Source: an uncultured Verrucomicrobiae bacterium
Lineage (GTDB): Bacteria > Verrucomicrobiota > Verrucomicrobiia > Chthoniobacterales > Chthoniobacteraceae
Assembly (NCBI GenBank): GCA_963828525.1
Contig: CAWHEP010000014.1
Location: forward strand, 160,001-224,000
DNA length: 64,000 nucleotides
Direction: 5' to 3'
The stretch's first letter is position 1. Each line of letters opens with the position of its first letter. The translations under genes were made by a program, and so were the position numbers. The notes beneath the pieces are model-generated. The model was not told the origin of the DNA. It did no database searches and saw nothing but the letters and a program-made list of their open reading frames with translations. This document shows positions 11,206 to 21,231 of the stretch, piece after piece.

Positions 11206-11320
11206 ATGTCGAGAGCTGTGCGAATGGAAGTTAAAAGGGGTTAGTATCATGTCATGAGCCGGGGAATTGAACGCCGTGACATCTTCCGTGACGACTGGGA
11301 TAGGCGCGATTTTCTGTCCC
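11206..11320 (+). pseudogene. RAYT/Y1 HUH transposase N-terminal fragment (copy 1)
   Basis: Manual translation MSRAVRMEVKRG*YHVMSRGIERRDIFRDDWDRRDFL with internal TAG at 11242-11244; homologous to the start of copy 2. Confidence 0.75.
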
Positions 11321-11394
11321 CGTCACCAGAGATCTCCCGGGGGTCAGGCTGCATCTGTTGACAGGTTTTGAAGAATCTGTCGCCTTGGACGGGT

Positions 11395-11966
11395 ATGGCG
11401 AGGAGCATTCGAATCGAGTATCCAGGCGCGTTTTGTCATGTGATGGCGCGCGGTAACCGGCGGGAAGCCATTTTCGAGTCCGATGAGGATCGGGGGCTTT
11501 TCTTGACGACCGTGGGAGAGGCTTGTGCGAAGACCGGGTGGCGGGCGCATGCCTGGGTGTTGATGGGCAACCACTATCACCTTGTAATCTGCGCGCCCGA
11601 GGCGAATCTTGTCGCCGGGATGACTTGGCTGCAGAACACCTACAGTCGTCGTTTCAATACCGGCACCGTCTGTGGGGTCGATTGTTCGGCGACCGTTACA
11701 AGGCGGTGCCGGTGGAGGGCAGCGGCTATTACTACGAAAGCCTTCTGGACTACGTCCATCTCAACCCTATGCGAGCGGGCATAATCAAGCCCGGAAAGGA
11801 GCAGAGCGTGATGGATTATCCATGGAGCAGCGTGGCTGGAGGGTACGCGCTTGCTCCTGGAAAGCGCGCGAAATGGCTCGCGGCGAGCGAAGGCCTCGCG
11901 AGCCTTGGTTACGCAGACACAGCGGCAGGCCGACGGAAATTCGTTGAGCGCCATGCGGCGCATTGA
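11395..11966 (+). mobile_element. RAYT-like (REP-associated, Y1 HUH) tyrosine transposase, frameshifted and probably C-terminally truncated (copy 2)
   Basis: HVMARGNRREAIF, WVLMGNHYHL (HUH), LFGDRYKA, YVHLNPMRAG, DYPWSS. Confidence 0.88.
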
Positions 11967-12452
11967 GTGGTGCGGCTGGAGCTCGGTGACCTCAACGTTG
12001 AGCGCCGTGTGCTCATGATCCGTCAAGGTAAGGGCAAGAAAGACCGGGCCGTCCCGATCGGCGAACGTGCCTTGGCTTGGATCGGCAAATACCTCGCCGA
12101 CGTACGCCCGGAGCTGCTACTTGATCCGCGCGAGCAAGCCCTCTTCCTCAGCGGCTGCGGCGACAGCGCCACGAGCGCCGATTACCTCTCGCGGCTGGTC
12201 TCGCAATACGCGCGCAGCGCCAGCATAACGCACGGTGGCTGCCATCTCTACCGGCACCAGTTGCGCGACCCTCATGCTCGAAAGCGGGGCGGATATCCCC
12301 CTCATCCAGAGATGCTCGGGCACGCCAACCTCTCGACCACCCAGATTTACACGGAAGTGAGCATCCAGCAGTTGCAGCGCATCCACGCGATGACGCACCC
12401 GGAAGAGCGGGACTTGCCACCCGAGGCAAAAACGGACACTTTGCAAACATGA
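11953..12452 (+). pseudogene. tyrosine recombinase/integrase (XerD-like) catalytic-domain remnant
   Basis: MRRIE, IRQGKGKKDRAVPIG, HLYRH, MLGHANLSTTQIYT; N-terminal domain missing; frameshifts. Confidence 0.85.
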
Positions 12453-12622
12453 GCACGGTTACCGAAATCGAGTCCGCCATCGAGCAGTTGCCTATGGAGC
12501 AAGTGCGCGAAGTGGCCGCGTGGCTGGAGGAATACCAGGCCACGATCAACGCCTCGGCCGAAATCTTCGCAATGTTCGATGCCGAGGAAGGCGAAGGCGA
12601 TCAATGGCACGATCCGAAGTGA
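12449..12622 (+). CDS. putative antitoxin (57 aa)
   Basis: Not in ORF track. MSTVTEIESAIEQLPMEQVREVAAWLEEY...WHDPK*; acidic; overlaps start of the PemK/MazF gene. Confidence 0.75.
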   Translation: MSTVTEIESAIEQLPMEQVREVAAWLEEYQATINASAEIFAMFDAEEGEGDQWHDPK

Positions 12623-12924
12623 GGCGTGGGGACATCTGGCTGGTTGATCTGGGTCTGGCGCAGAAAGTGCGGCCCGCGGTCATCCTCAGCGTGGCTTACC
12701 TGGACCACGAACGCGCGCTGATTACCTACGTGCCGCGGACCACCACCCTGCGGCAGACTCGCTTTGAAGTGGAGCATCGAGCCGGGGGCTTCGATCCCGG
12801 AGCCTTCGACGCCCAAAGCATCGGCACAATGCCGGCCGCCAAATTGGTGCGGCGCATCAGCGCCCTGGACGCGCAAACTTTGGCCAAAGTCGAGGATGCG
12901 GCGCGGGCTTGGCTGGCGCTTTAA
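12604..12924 (+). CDS. PemK/MazF-family endoribonuclease toxin
   Basis: RRGDIWLVDLG...KVRPAVILS...VPRTT signature. Confidence 0.88.
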   Translation: MARSEVRRGDIWLVDLGLAQKVRPAVILSVAYLDHERALITYVPRTTTLRQTRFEVEHRAGGFDPGAFDAQSIGTMPAAKLVRRISALDAQTLAKVEDAARAWLAL

Positions 12925-13310
12925 GCGGGGAAATAGGCTGGCGGCCCCCTTCCTTCGCCGCTGGAACTGATCGCGCGCGCAACGCCGTCCGCCTCCTACT
13001 GCTCACCCTGCTCTTCCTGGCAGGGCAGCCGGAGCTTTGCGCCTCGATCCCGAAAACTCGCGTCCGGGAATTTTTTTCCTTAGCCGCCCCACCCGCCCCG
13101 AAAATATCGCTGCAAGTGCCTGAGCTGCGGCTGGATAACCCGCTGCTGTACGGCGAGCTTGTGTCGGGTCAAACACTTTGGGAGGTTCTTGCAGACTGAT
13201 CCTATTCGTGTTTTGGCCAGCACGCGTGTTAGCCTCGGTCCACTCGCACAGAAAGGCTGGACGAATTTGTATGCCTATGGCGACAATAGCCCAATTGATT
13301 TGGTATAATC
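12925..13310 (+). pseudogene. second degenerate RHS core remnant
   Basis: From 13177: FGRFLQTDPIRV...WTNLYAYGDNSPIDLV*, matching the RHS core end, with a stop where DP is expected. Confidence 0.65.
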
Positions 13311-13452
13311 GCCATTTGTATGCGCTCGGTTGCGACACCCAACAGACACGGTCGATCAATGATATAGGTATTTACATTGGATCGCGCGAAGTAGGTGTAA
13401 GGCGAGGTTGCGTCCGGGCCGAGCCAAGCCTTGCCATGGTGGCGGCGCTCCC

Positions 13453-14698
13453 CTACGCCGCGAGAAACGCCTCAGGCGTGATCCCGTGCAGCGCGAAAAG
13501 TCGCAGGATCGTCTCTTCGATAAGATTGTTCGGGCACGAAGCTCCGGCAGTGATGCCAGCCACGAAAGGCCGCTCGGGCAGCCAGTTCTCAGTGACGACT
13601 TCCTTTTTCTGGCGAAGGTCGTAATGGACAATCTGTTTCGTGGACTCGAGCCGGCTCGCATTCCTCACAAAATAGGTTGGCATCCTCTCTTCGCCCATTT
13701 CCGCGAGATGGGATGTGTTCGAACTGTTGTACCCGCCGATCACCAGCAGGAAATCCATTTTCTCAGCCAGCATCTCCCGCAACGCGTCCTGCCGCTCCTG
13801 CGTCGCTCCGCAGATCGTATCGAAAAAGCGGAAGTTGCGACCCGCTTCTTCCCCTGTGTCCCGGTCTCGGATTGCCGCGTTGATTCTTCGCTGCACTTCC
13901 TCCGTCTCGCCGCGGAGCATTGTCGTCTGGTTGGCCACTCCGACGGTTTTCAAATGCACGTCGGGGTCAAACCCCGGCGAATGCGCGCCGCGAAACTTCT
14001 CGAGGAATTTTCCCTTGTCGCCGCCATGCCGGATGTACTCGCAGACGTAGTCGGTCTCATCCAGCGTCAGCACCACGAGATAGTGTCCATGCCCGTTGTA
14101 AATCGCCCGCGAACTCGTGGCCTTCGTCTCCTCATGCTCCGCCTTGCCATGGATGATGGATGTCGCGTTCTCATTGGCATACTGTCGCACGCGCTTCCAC
14201 ACGCTCATCACGTCGCCGCAGGTCGTATCGACGATCTGGCAGCCCTTTTCGCGCAGTTTCTCCGAGCGTCGAAACTTCGGTGCCAAACGCGGGTACGATC
14301 ACGACGTCCTCCGCCGTCAGGTCATCGACTTCCGCCTCCCGGCGTTCTCCGATGAGGTTTTTGATGCCGAGCGTCGAAATCTGCTCGTTCACCTCCGGGT
14401 TGTGGATGATCTCGCCGAGAATGAAAAGACGGCGATCCTGAAAAACCTTTCGCGCCGCGTACGCGAGATCGATGGCGCGCTCCACCCCGTAGCAAAAGCC
14501 GAATTGCTTCGCGAGTTTTAGCGTTATTCCGCCGTAGCTGATGACGCCGCCGCTATTCCGCAGCTTCTCTACGATCTCGCTGCGGTAGTGCGACTCCACC
14601 TGCGCCTGCACCGCCGTCATTACGTCCGGCGTGCGCAGGTTCACCCGGGCCGGCTTTGCCGTGGGCTTTTCAGGGAGCGGGCTGGCGAGTGGAACCAT
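13453..14698 (-). CDS. ispH: 4-hydroxy-3-methylbut-2-enyl diphosphate reductase (frameshift near 14265)
   Basis: FGFCYGVERA, GEIIHNP, IVDTTCGDV, ANQTTM, DTICGATQERQ, GGYNSSNT, GITAGASCP. Confidence 0.95.
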
Positions 14699-14699
14699 C

Positions 14700-15359
14700 T
14701 TACTGAAGAAGCGGACCCTGCGGCTTCGCAAACACGCGCGAAGAGACCATATAGGAAGGCGCGGGATCTGGATCCTTGTAGTCGTTGGGACGAGGGACAT
14801 GCGCTCCGAGGGTGGCGTCCTCCGGTTGGCTCTCGGCAATGTTCACTGGCGTGCCGATCCTCACCAGCGCGAAAAATCTCGGCGCCGCGCTCGGGTGGAG
14901 GCGCAGGCACCCATGCGTGTGCGGGATGGGCCAGACATACCCCTGATGGAAGCCGTAAGCAGGGGCGAACTCCACCCACCACGCCATCGGGTAGCCGACA
15001 TAATGGTATCCCGCGCCGGGTGAAACGCCGCTCAGACCCGGACGAACATCATCTCCACGCGCCCAGAATCCATAGGAGCCGGACCGCTTGTCCGCCTGCT
15101 TGTTAAAGACCCGGAAGTTCCCGCGCGGGGTCGGCTTGCCAGCCATGCCCACCGTGGTCGCCGCCACCATCAAAGGACGCTCGCCCTCCATCACATACAC
15201 GACCTGCTTGGATAGTGAAACTTTGACCCGCACATTGGATGGGTTGTGAGGCTTGTAAGCCACCACGCTGTAGCTGCCCATGTTCGGAGCGATTGCGCAT
15301 CCGGAAAGGAATGCGGCGCACAGACAGAGGGGGATCAGAAGGTATCGAAGGGATTTCAT
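14700..15359 (-). CDS. L,D-transpeptidase (YkuD) lipoprotein
   Basis: Lipobox FLSGC; TPRGNF; YGFH...HTHGCLRL catalytic motif. Confidence 0.88.
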   Translation of the reverse strand: MKSLRYLLIPLCLCAAFLSGCAIAPNMGSYSVVAYKPHNPSNVRVKVSLSKQVVYVMEGERPLMVAATTVGMAGKPTPRGNFRVFNKQADKRSGSYGFWARGDDVRPGLSGVSPGAGYHYVGYPMAWWVEFAPAYGFHQGYVWPIPHTHGCLRLHPSAAPRFFALVRIGTPVNIAESQPEDATLGAHVPRPNDYKDPDPAPSYMVSSRVFAKPQGPLLQ

Positions 15360-15478
15360 CACGATATGCAAAAGCTCATCGCCCGGTTTTTGTCAACCAT
15401 TCCTTCTCAGACGAAAACCCGCCAGGTTCGGAATGACCGCAAATGTCTTGCCCGATATTTTATGACTTGAGTGACTTA

Positions 15479-17068
15479 TCAAGCGGGACTCGAGGTGCTG
15501 GACAACTCCTCCGCGCGTGGAGCCACGTCGTCCGGAGCGCCTGGCGCGGGCTTGCTCGATCCCCAACTCCTCCATCCTTCGGTCGCTTCCAGCCAACCCC
15601 ACTTTCCAAGGGTTTTTACGAGGATGGTTATATCCCCGCGGCTGAGGGTGAAGCCATTTGTAAGGCGGCGGCGGCCACAATTCTGTCTGCCCAGCAATCC
15701 CAAGGCGCGACGGCGGCGGGCGATGGCCGCGAACCGCCCGTTGTAAAAACGCATGAGGTGGAAGACAGGGCGCGAGGATGGGGTGCTGAATGGCGGCATG
15801 AGCAGCGCCTTGACTCCAAGCAGGAAGGGTTGAGTCACAATGCCCAGATAGTACAGGCCGAGGTCCAGCAGGAAGGCGAGGCCAAGCAGATCGAACTCGC
15901 CTAGATACTCATACTTATCCCGGTAGACGGCTTCAAACCATGAGCGGTAGCTCAGGGAAAACGCTTCGTTCTGGGAAGCGATCCGCTCCGAAATGGATTC
16001 ACCTTCAAACTGAGCTCCGATGAGGTCCGCGGCGCTGCTTGCGGTGAAAGCAATCCAGTCCATGCCTGGACTGTAGAATGGATCGAGGAAGCCGGCGGCG
16101 TCTCCGACCAGCGCAAACCCGTCTCCCACGAGTGTTTTGGTGCTGTATGCCAGGTTCTTTCGCCAATGCGCGTCGTCCTCCACGATTTGCGCGTCCGCGA
16201 GCATTTCGCGGGCGACTGGATGGCGCATGAGAAAGCTTTTCAGTCGCTCGCCGAGATTCCCCCCGTCCTTGGGCCATTCCACCAGCCTCTGGTCGAAGAC
16301 GACGCCGATGCTGACGTCGCCCCCCTTAAGAGGAATCCACCAGCTCCACCAGCCATCGCCGATGACATGATTCGTGGCGGTTCCCCGGATGCCATAGGGC
16401 GCGGCTGCCCATTCCGGATACTTTTCCGCCAGGTCACTGCCGTCCCAATCTTTCACGCCGGTCCATCTGCCCCAGGCAGCCGAGGTCGGATGCTCCAGGT
16501 TGGGTTGCCACCACCCTTCCTGACGCGCGAGGAGGGCCGCGACTCCGGAAGCATCGACAACCCATCTTGCGCGAAGCTCGCGGGAGAAATCCCCCTGCCG
16601 GATCGTCATCGTCTGCTCGCCTCCAGCCGCGAGCTTCACTTTGCTCACGGAGGCGGGGCGGATGATCTGCGCGCCGGCTTCACCCGCTCGCCGCAGAACC
16701 TCCTCGTCGAGCACAGAGCGGTCGATCTGATAAGAGGGCAACCGCACTTGATATCGCGGGCCGATTTCGCTGGCATCATCAAGCGCTGCCACGTCCTCGT
16801 TGGCAAACCAGAATCGAAGGCCTTGCTTGACCAGATGCGATTCGTTCAGGTGCTTTGTCAATCCGAGAACACGCCCCATGAAGAAGGCGCTGATTTCAAC
16901 GGTGGCTTCTCCGACCCGCCGCGTCAGTCGCGCGGACTTCTCCACGATGAGCACCCGCAGCCTGGGAGCGCGTTTGAGCAACAATAGAGCGGTGGAGGCG
17001 CCGGACAACGCGCCGCCGATTACCACGACGTCATACGGTTTGTCATCGTCGCCAAGCCCGGGAAACAT
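15479..17068 (-). CDS. FAD-dependent halogenase-like oxidoreductase
   Basis: VVVIGGALSG, RRVGEAT, VKQGLRF, VDASG, WWSWWIPL (WxWxIP), VGDAAGFLDPFYSPG. Confidence 0.82.
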   Translation of the reverse strand: MFPGLGDDDKPYDVVVIGGALSGASTALLLLKRAPRLRVLIVEKSARLTRRVGEATVEISAFFMGRVLGLTKHLNESHLVKQGLRFWFANEDVAALDDASEIGPRYQVRLPSYQIDRSVLDEEVLRRAGEAGAQIIRPASVSKVKLAAGGEQTMTIRQGDFSRELRARWVVDASGVAALLARQEGWWQPNLEHPTSAAWGRWTGVKDWDGSDLAEKYPEWAAAPYGIRGTATNHVIGDGWWSWWIPLKGGDVSIGVVFDQRLVEWPKDGGNLGERLKSFLMRHPVAREMLADAQIVEDDAHWRKNLAYSTKTLVGDGFALVGDAAGFLDPFYSPGMDWIAFTASSAADLIGAQFEGESISERIASQNEAFSLSYRSWFEAVYRDKYEYLGEFDLLGLAFLLDLGLYYLGIVTQPFLLGVKALLMPPFSTPSSRPVFHLMRFYNGRFAAIARRRRALGLLGRQNCGRRRLTNGFTLSRGDITILVKTLGKWGWLEATEGWRSWGSSKPAPGAPDDVAPRAEELSSTSSPA

Positions 17069-17162
17069 GGGTGAACCATTAAAGCCAATCCTGTCGCCGA
17101 GCAAAGGGAACCTCGAATGGACTGGTGCAAACGAAGTTCAAAGCTGCTAGGATGGCCGCTCA

Positions 17163-18476
17163 ATGCAATCTTGCTATGACGTCGCAATCATCGGCGGGGG
17201 CCCGGCTGGCAGTACCGCCGCCACCTTCCTGGCGCGGATGGGCCATAAGGTTGTTGTTCTGGAAAAAGAAAAGTTTCCCCGGTTTCACATTGGCGAATCG
17301 CTCCTGCCGTACAGCATGAGCGCTTTCGAGCGTCTAGGGGTGAGAGAGAAGCTGAGCGCGCGTTTCATGCCGAAGCATGGCGCGGAAATAACAACCACCT
17401 GCTCTACGAAGGGCGCGAAGTTTTTCTTCAAGGATGGATATAAGGCAAAGCATCCGCACGCTTACCAGGTTACGCGCTCTGAGTTTGATAAGGTGCTCCT
17501 GGATCACTCCGGCGAAAACGGAGCGGAGGTTCTGGAAGAGACATCTGTCGAGCAGTTGACGTTTGGCGAGGAAGCCGTCCGTGTGACGTTGAAAAACGCG
17601 GGAGCGACTCGCGACATTTCAGCGCGTTACATACTGGATTGCAGCGGCAGGAGCACCGTGATCGGCAACTACTTCCGCCTAAAGAAGACCTACACCCACC
17701 TGAAAAAGTTCTCCGTCTTCGCTCATTACGAGAACGTTGACAGGGATGGAGGTCTTGAAGGAACCTTTATCCGACTCGTCCGCGCGCGGACTCAATGGTA
17801 TTGGATGATCCCCCTGACAGAAGAGAGGATGAGCATCGGTTTGGTCATGGATGCGGCGGAGTTCAAAGCGCGCAAGAAGTCCCCTGAAGAAGTTCTTGAA
17901 GAGAGCCTGCGGGAGCAACCGGCGATCCGCGAACGCATCGCGCGCGCAAGGCGCGTCACAGAGGTTTACTCGGCGGGCGATTATTCCTACAGGAACAGCA
18001 GCCTTGCGGGGGAACGCTGGCTTCTTGCGGGGGACGCGGCTGGATTTATTGACCCTGTCTTTAGCACAGGCGTATTCCTGGCGATCCGCTCAGGCGAGGA
18101 AGCCGCGCACGCCTTGGACGAGGCGATCCGCCTCCCCAAGAGGAGGGCGGCTGCTTTTAGAGATTACGAGCGCGGAGTAAATCGCGTGATGGATCTCTAT
18201 CTTCGTTTCGTCACGAATTGGTACAAGCCCCAATTCGCCGAAGTCATCACAAACCCGGTGCATCACCTGCAACTGGCCCCAGTCGTTAATTCCGTTCTGG
18301 CTGGCAACCTGAGTAACAGCTTCTCGGTATGGTGGCGCATGCAGTTATTCTATCTCGTCGTGTTTCTGCAGCAATACCTGCCACTTTGTCCGCGTTTGTC
18401 TTTGGTGCGAGGGTCGGGCGGTGCTGGAGAGTCGGATGAGCAGCCCTCCGCCGCCGTGACTACGGCGAGCTCTTAA
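17163..18476 (+). CDS. FAD-dependent halogenase-like oxidoreductase
   Basis: IIGGGPAG, FPRFHIGESLLP, PKHGA, WYWMIPL, AGDAAGFIDPVFSTGV. Confidence 0.88.
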   Translation: MQSCYDVAIIGGGPAGSTAATFLARMGHKVVVLEKEKFPRFHIGESLLPYSMSAFERLGVREKLSARFMPKHGAEITTTCSTKGAKFFFKDGYKAKHPHAYQVTRSEFDKVLLDHSGENGAEVLEETSVEQLTFGEEAVRVTLKNAGATRDISARYILDCSGRSTVIGNYFRLKKTYTHLKKFSVFAHYENVDRDGGLEGTFIRLVRARTQWYWMIPLTEERMSIGLVMDAAEFKARKKSPEEVLEESLREQPAIRERIARARRVTEVYSAGDYSYRNSSLAGERWLLAGDAAGFIDPVFSTGVFLAIRSGEEAAHALDEAIRLPKRRAAAFRDYERGVNRVMDLYLRFVTNWYKPQFAEVITNPVHHLQLAPVVNSVLAGNLSNSFSVWWRMQLFYLVVFLQQYLPLCPRLSLVRGSGGAGESDEQPSAAVTTASS

Positions 18477-18517
18477 TTGCAATTGGAGTTTTCACTCCGC
18501 CGGGACAGAATTAATCC

Positions 18518-19300
18518 ATGAAGGTCATCATTTTATGCGGAGGCAGAGGCACACGGCTGCGAGAGGAAACGGAATTCCGTCCCAAGCCAATGGTTCCCGT
18601 GGGCGGCTATCCGATTCTGTGGCACATCATGAAAATTTACGCCCAATACGGGCACAAGGAGTTCATCCTTTGTCTTGGTTACAAGGGCGATCAGATCAAG
18701 GAATACTTCCGTAACTACCTCTGGAATACCTGCGACATCACCCTTTCGCTCGGTCGCGAGCAGGGCGTTGTTTATCATGACCGGCATCGCGAGGAAGATT
18801 GGAAAGTGACACTTGCCGACACCGGGGAGAATTCGATGACGGCCTATCGAGTTAAAAAAGCGCAGCGGTACGTGGAACCGGGCGAACCGTTTCTTCTCAC
18901 CTACGGAGACGGCGTGGCGAACATCGACGTGAATCGCTCAATCGAGGAGCACAAGAAGAGCGGCAAAATTTGCACGATCTCCGCGATGCACCCTGCTGGC
19001 CGCTTCGGATGGCTGAGCATCGACCCTGAAGGGGCGATCCACACTTTCAAGGAAAAACCACAGATTGAAGAAAGCTACGTAAACGGCGGCTTCATGGTCT
19101 GCGATCACCGGATGTTCGATTACCTGCCGGATGATCCAGGAGTCATGCTCGAACAGGAGCCGATCATGTCGCTCGCGCGCGATGGGCAGCTTCACTCCTA
19201 TAAACATGAGGGCTTCTGGCAGCCGATGGATACATACCAGGAGACACAGCATCTGAACAAGCTCTGGGCCGAAAACAAGGCGGCCTGGAAGACCTGGTAG
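18518..19300 (+). CDS. rfbF: glucose-1-phosphate cytidylyltransferase
   Basis: ILCGGRGTRLREETEFRPKPMV, LTYGDGV, HEGFWQPMDT. Confidence 0.93.
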   Translation: MKVIILCGGRGTRLREETEFRPKPMVPVGGYPILWHIMKIYAQYGHKEFILCLGYKGDQIKEYFRNYLWNTCDITLSLGREQGVVYHDRHREEDWKVTLADTGENSMTAYRVKKAQRYVEPGEPFLLTYGDGVANIDVNRSIEEHKKSGKICTISAMHPAGRFGWLSIDPEGAIHTFKEKPQIEESYVNGGFMVCDHRMFDYLPDDPGVMLEQEPIMSLARDGQLHSYKHEGFWQPMDTYQETQHLNKLWAENKAAWKTW

Positions 19301-19337
19301 ATCCCGCGCGGATTGAGGAGTTGCAGCTTCTCTGAAC

Positions 19338-20699
19338 GTGCGATCCAGTAATTCACCGTCCGGCCCGGCGGGACACTGGCTGCTCGGAAATCTGCCCGAA
19401 CGGCGCGCGGCTCCGTTGGAACTTTTTCAGCGCGCTGCCAGCAATTACCCGGGGCCGCTGGTCGCGATGCGGATGGCCACCCGCCGGGTCCTTCTGATCA
19501 CGGAACCGGACGTGGCGCGCCAGGTTCTTCAGGATCATGGCAAGTATTTCGAGCGGGGCATGAGCGGCGCGGTTCTTGAGCCATTGCTGGGGAAAGGCTT
19601 GCTCACCAGCGAGGGGGAAGTTTGGCGGCGACAGCGCCGACTCGCGCAACCGGCATTCCACCGCGCTCATCTGTCCACGCTGACGGAGATGCTGCAGGGC
19701 GAAGTGACGGCGCAATTTGAGCGGATTGCAGAGGCCCAAGGCCCGATGGAGATAACAGGATTCTTTCAGGGCCTCGCCCTTCGAGTGGTGGCGAAGGCTC
19801 TCTTCGGGACGGCGATGGCAGATCAAACTGTTGTGCGCATCAGTAATCTGCTGGGCAGCCTCATGCGCGAGAGTAACGCAAACATGCTGTCACTGATGCC
19901 GCTGCCCCCGTTCCTCTGGACTCCCAGAAGAAGGCGCATCCGGAAGATTGCGGACGCCTTGCGGACATTGATCCGCGGCATTATCGAAGAACGCCGTCAG
20001 CATCCCACCGCTTTTCCCGATCTCTTGAACCTGCTCCTGTCGGCTCATGATCAGGAGACGGATGCGGGCATGAGTGATGAGCTTCTTCGCGATGAAGTCA
20101 TGACGTTGCTCATGGCCGGACACGAGACGACCGCCAGCGCGCTGGCCTGGGCGACAATCCTCCTTGCGCGCAATCCGCATGAGTCTCGTCGGGCTCATGA
20201 AGAAGCAACCGCAGCATGTGGGAGCCGCTCGTTCGAGGAACTCTTTGGAATGGAGCGGCTCGGGCGGATCATCGATGAAACACTTCGCCTGTACCCGCCA
20301 GCGTGGATTTTCTCACGGGAGATCACGGCGTCTGCTCTCGTTGCGGAGCACCCGGCTTACACAATAGGGAATTACGTCGTCAGGCGTCAGGACATCCTTG
20401 TTATCTGCCCCTACATATTGCATCGCGATGACCGGACGTGGCCCGAAGCCGATCACTTCGATCCGGACCGCTTTTCTGAGGGGCGGCTGAGCGAGAGACA
20501 GAGGGCCGCATACCTCCCCTTTGGGGCTGGGCCGCGTCAGTGCATCGGGAATAACTTCGCCCGTTTGGAGATGCTGGCAGTCCTGAGCCAAATGTTGTCA
20601 CGATTCCGGCCGGAAATGGTTTCCGAAACAACTGAACCGGAGCCACTCTTGACTCTGCGTCCCCGGTCCCCGGTGTTCGCGCGATTCCATCCCGCTTAG
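19338..20699 (+). CDS. cytochrome P450
   Basis: AGHETT, ETLR (ExxR), FDPDRF, PFGAGPRQCIG heme-ligand motif. Confidence 0.95.
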   Translation: MRSSNSPSGPAGHWLLGNLPERRAAPLELFQRAASNYPGPLVAMRMATRRVLLITEPDVARQVLQDHGKYFERGMSGAVLEPLLGKGLLTSEGEVWRRQRRLAQPAFHRAHLSTLTEMLQGEVTAQFERIAEAQGPMEITGFFQGLALRVVAKALFGTAMADQTVVRISNLLGSLMRESNANMLSLMPLPPFLWTPRRRRIRKIADALRTLIRGIIEERRQHPTAFPDLLNLLLSAHDQETDAGMSDELLRDEVMTLLMAGHETTASALAWATILLARNPHESRRAHEEATAACGSRSFEELFGMERLGRIIDETLRLYPPAWIFSREITASALVAEHPAYTIGNYVVRRQDILVICPYILHRDDRTWPEADHFDPDRFSEGRLSERQRAAYLPFGAGPRQCIGNNFARLEMLAVLSQMLSRFRPEMVSETTEPEPLLTLRPRSPVFARFHPA

Positions 20700-20727
20700 A
20701 GAAAGTCGAGGCTCGGAAGCGCGTTCT

Positions 20728-21231
20728 TCACAGATCTGGCTGCGGTTCAACTCGGGCAACGCGCGGCGCCCGGAGATAGTAAATAGCGATTGCGATCTGG
20801 CTGACAGCCACCACCGCCGTTGCGAGAAAGTAGGCCTGCTGCAGTAACGTGACGGCGCTGGCCGCCATGTCTCCCGGTAATCCTTCTTCGCTGAGCGCCG
20901 ACAGCATGCCGGGCGCTGACCAGGATTGCCTTAAAAGGTAGGCGCATGCGATGATTCCCAGTATGATCTGGTTCCAAAAACCAAGCGTCGCTCCTCGAGG
21001 ATCATTCTGCGCGAACAACTTGCAGACCCGGCGTTCAGACCATCCGAGGATGCCAAGCGCCAGGGCGATGCCTGCCAGAAGAAATGAAGGGGAAAAGATG
21101 ACCTGGAGCAGAGTAAGACCCGCGCAGATCACAAGCGTTACCCAGATCGTCGCGGAAAGTTTCCGGCGTCGGGCAAAAGCTTTTGTCACATCCACAAGGG
21201 GGAAGGTGGCTTGCTTTCGCGGTCTGGTCAC
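20728..21231 (-). CDS. hypothetical membrane protein (start uncertain)
   Basis: About 4 hydrophobic segments; fills the gap between P450 and the nuclease. Confidence 0.6.
   Translation of the reverse strand: MTRPRKQATFPLVDVTKAFARRRKLSATIWVTLVICAGLTLLQVIFSPSFLLAGIALALGILGWSERRVCKLFAQNDPRGATLGFWNQIILGIIACAYLLRQSWSAPGMLSALSEEGLPGDMAASAVTLLQQAYFLATAVVAVSQIAIAIYYLRAPRVARVEPQPDL

Noticed and set aside
11953..12452. Tyrosine recombinase as the integron integrase for the attC array
   Set aside because: Truncated XerD-like remnant about 44 kb away, with no IntI-specific insertion evident.
15479..20699. A complete halogenated natural-product gene cluster
   Set aside because: No scaffold enzyme, carrier protein, glycosyltransferase or exporter adjacent; kept only as a possible tailoring sub-cluster.
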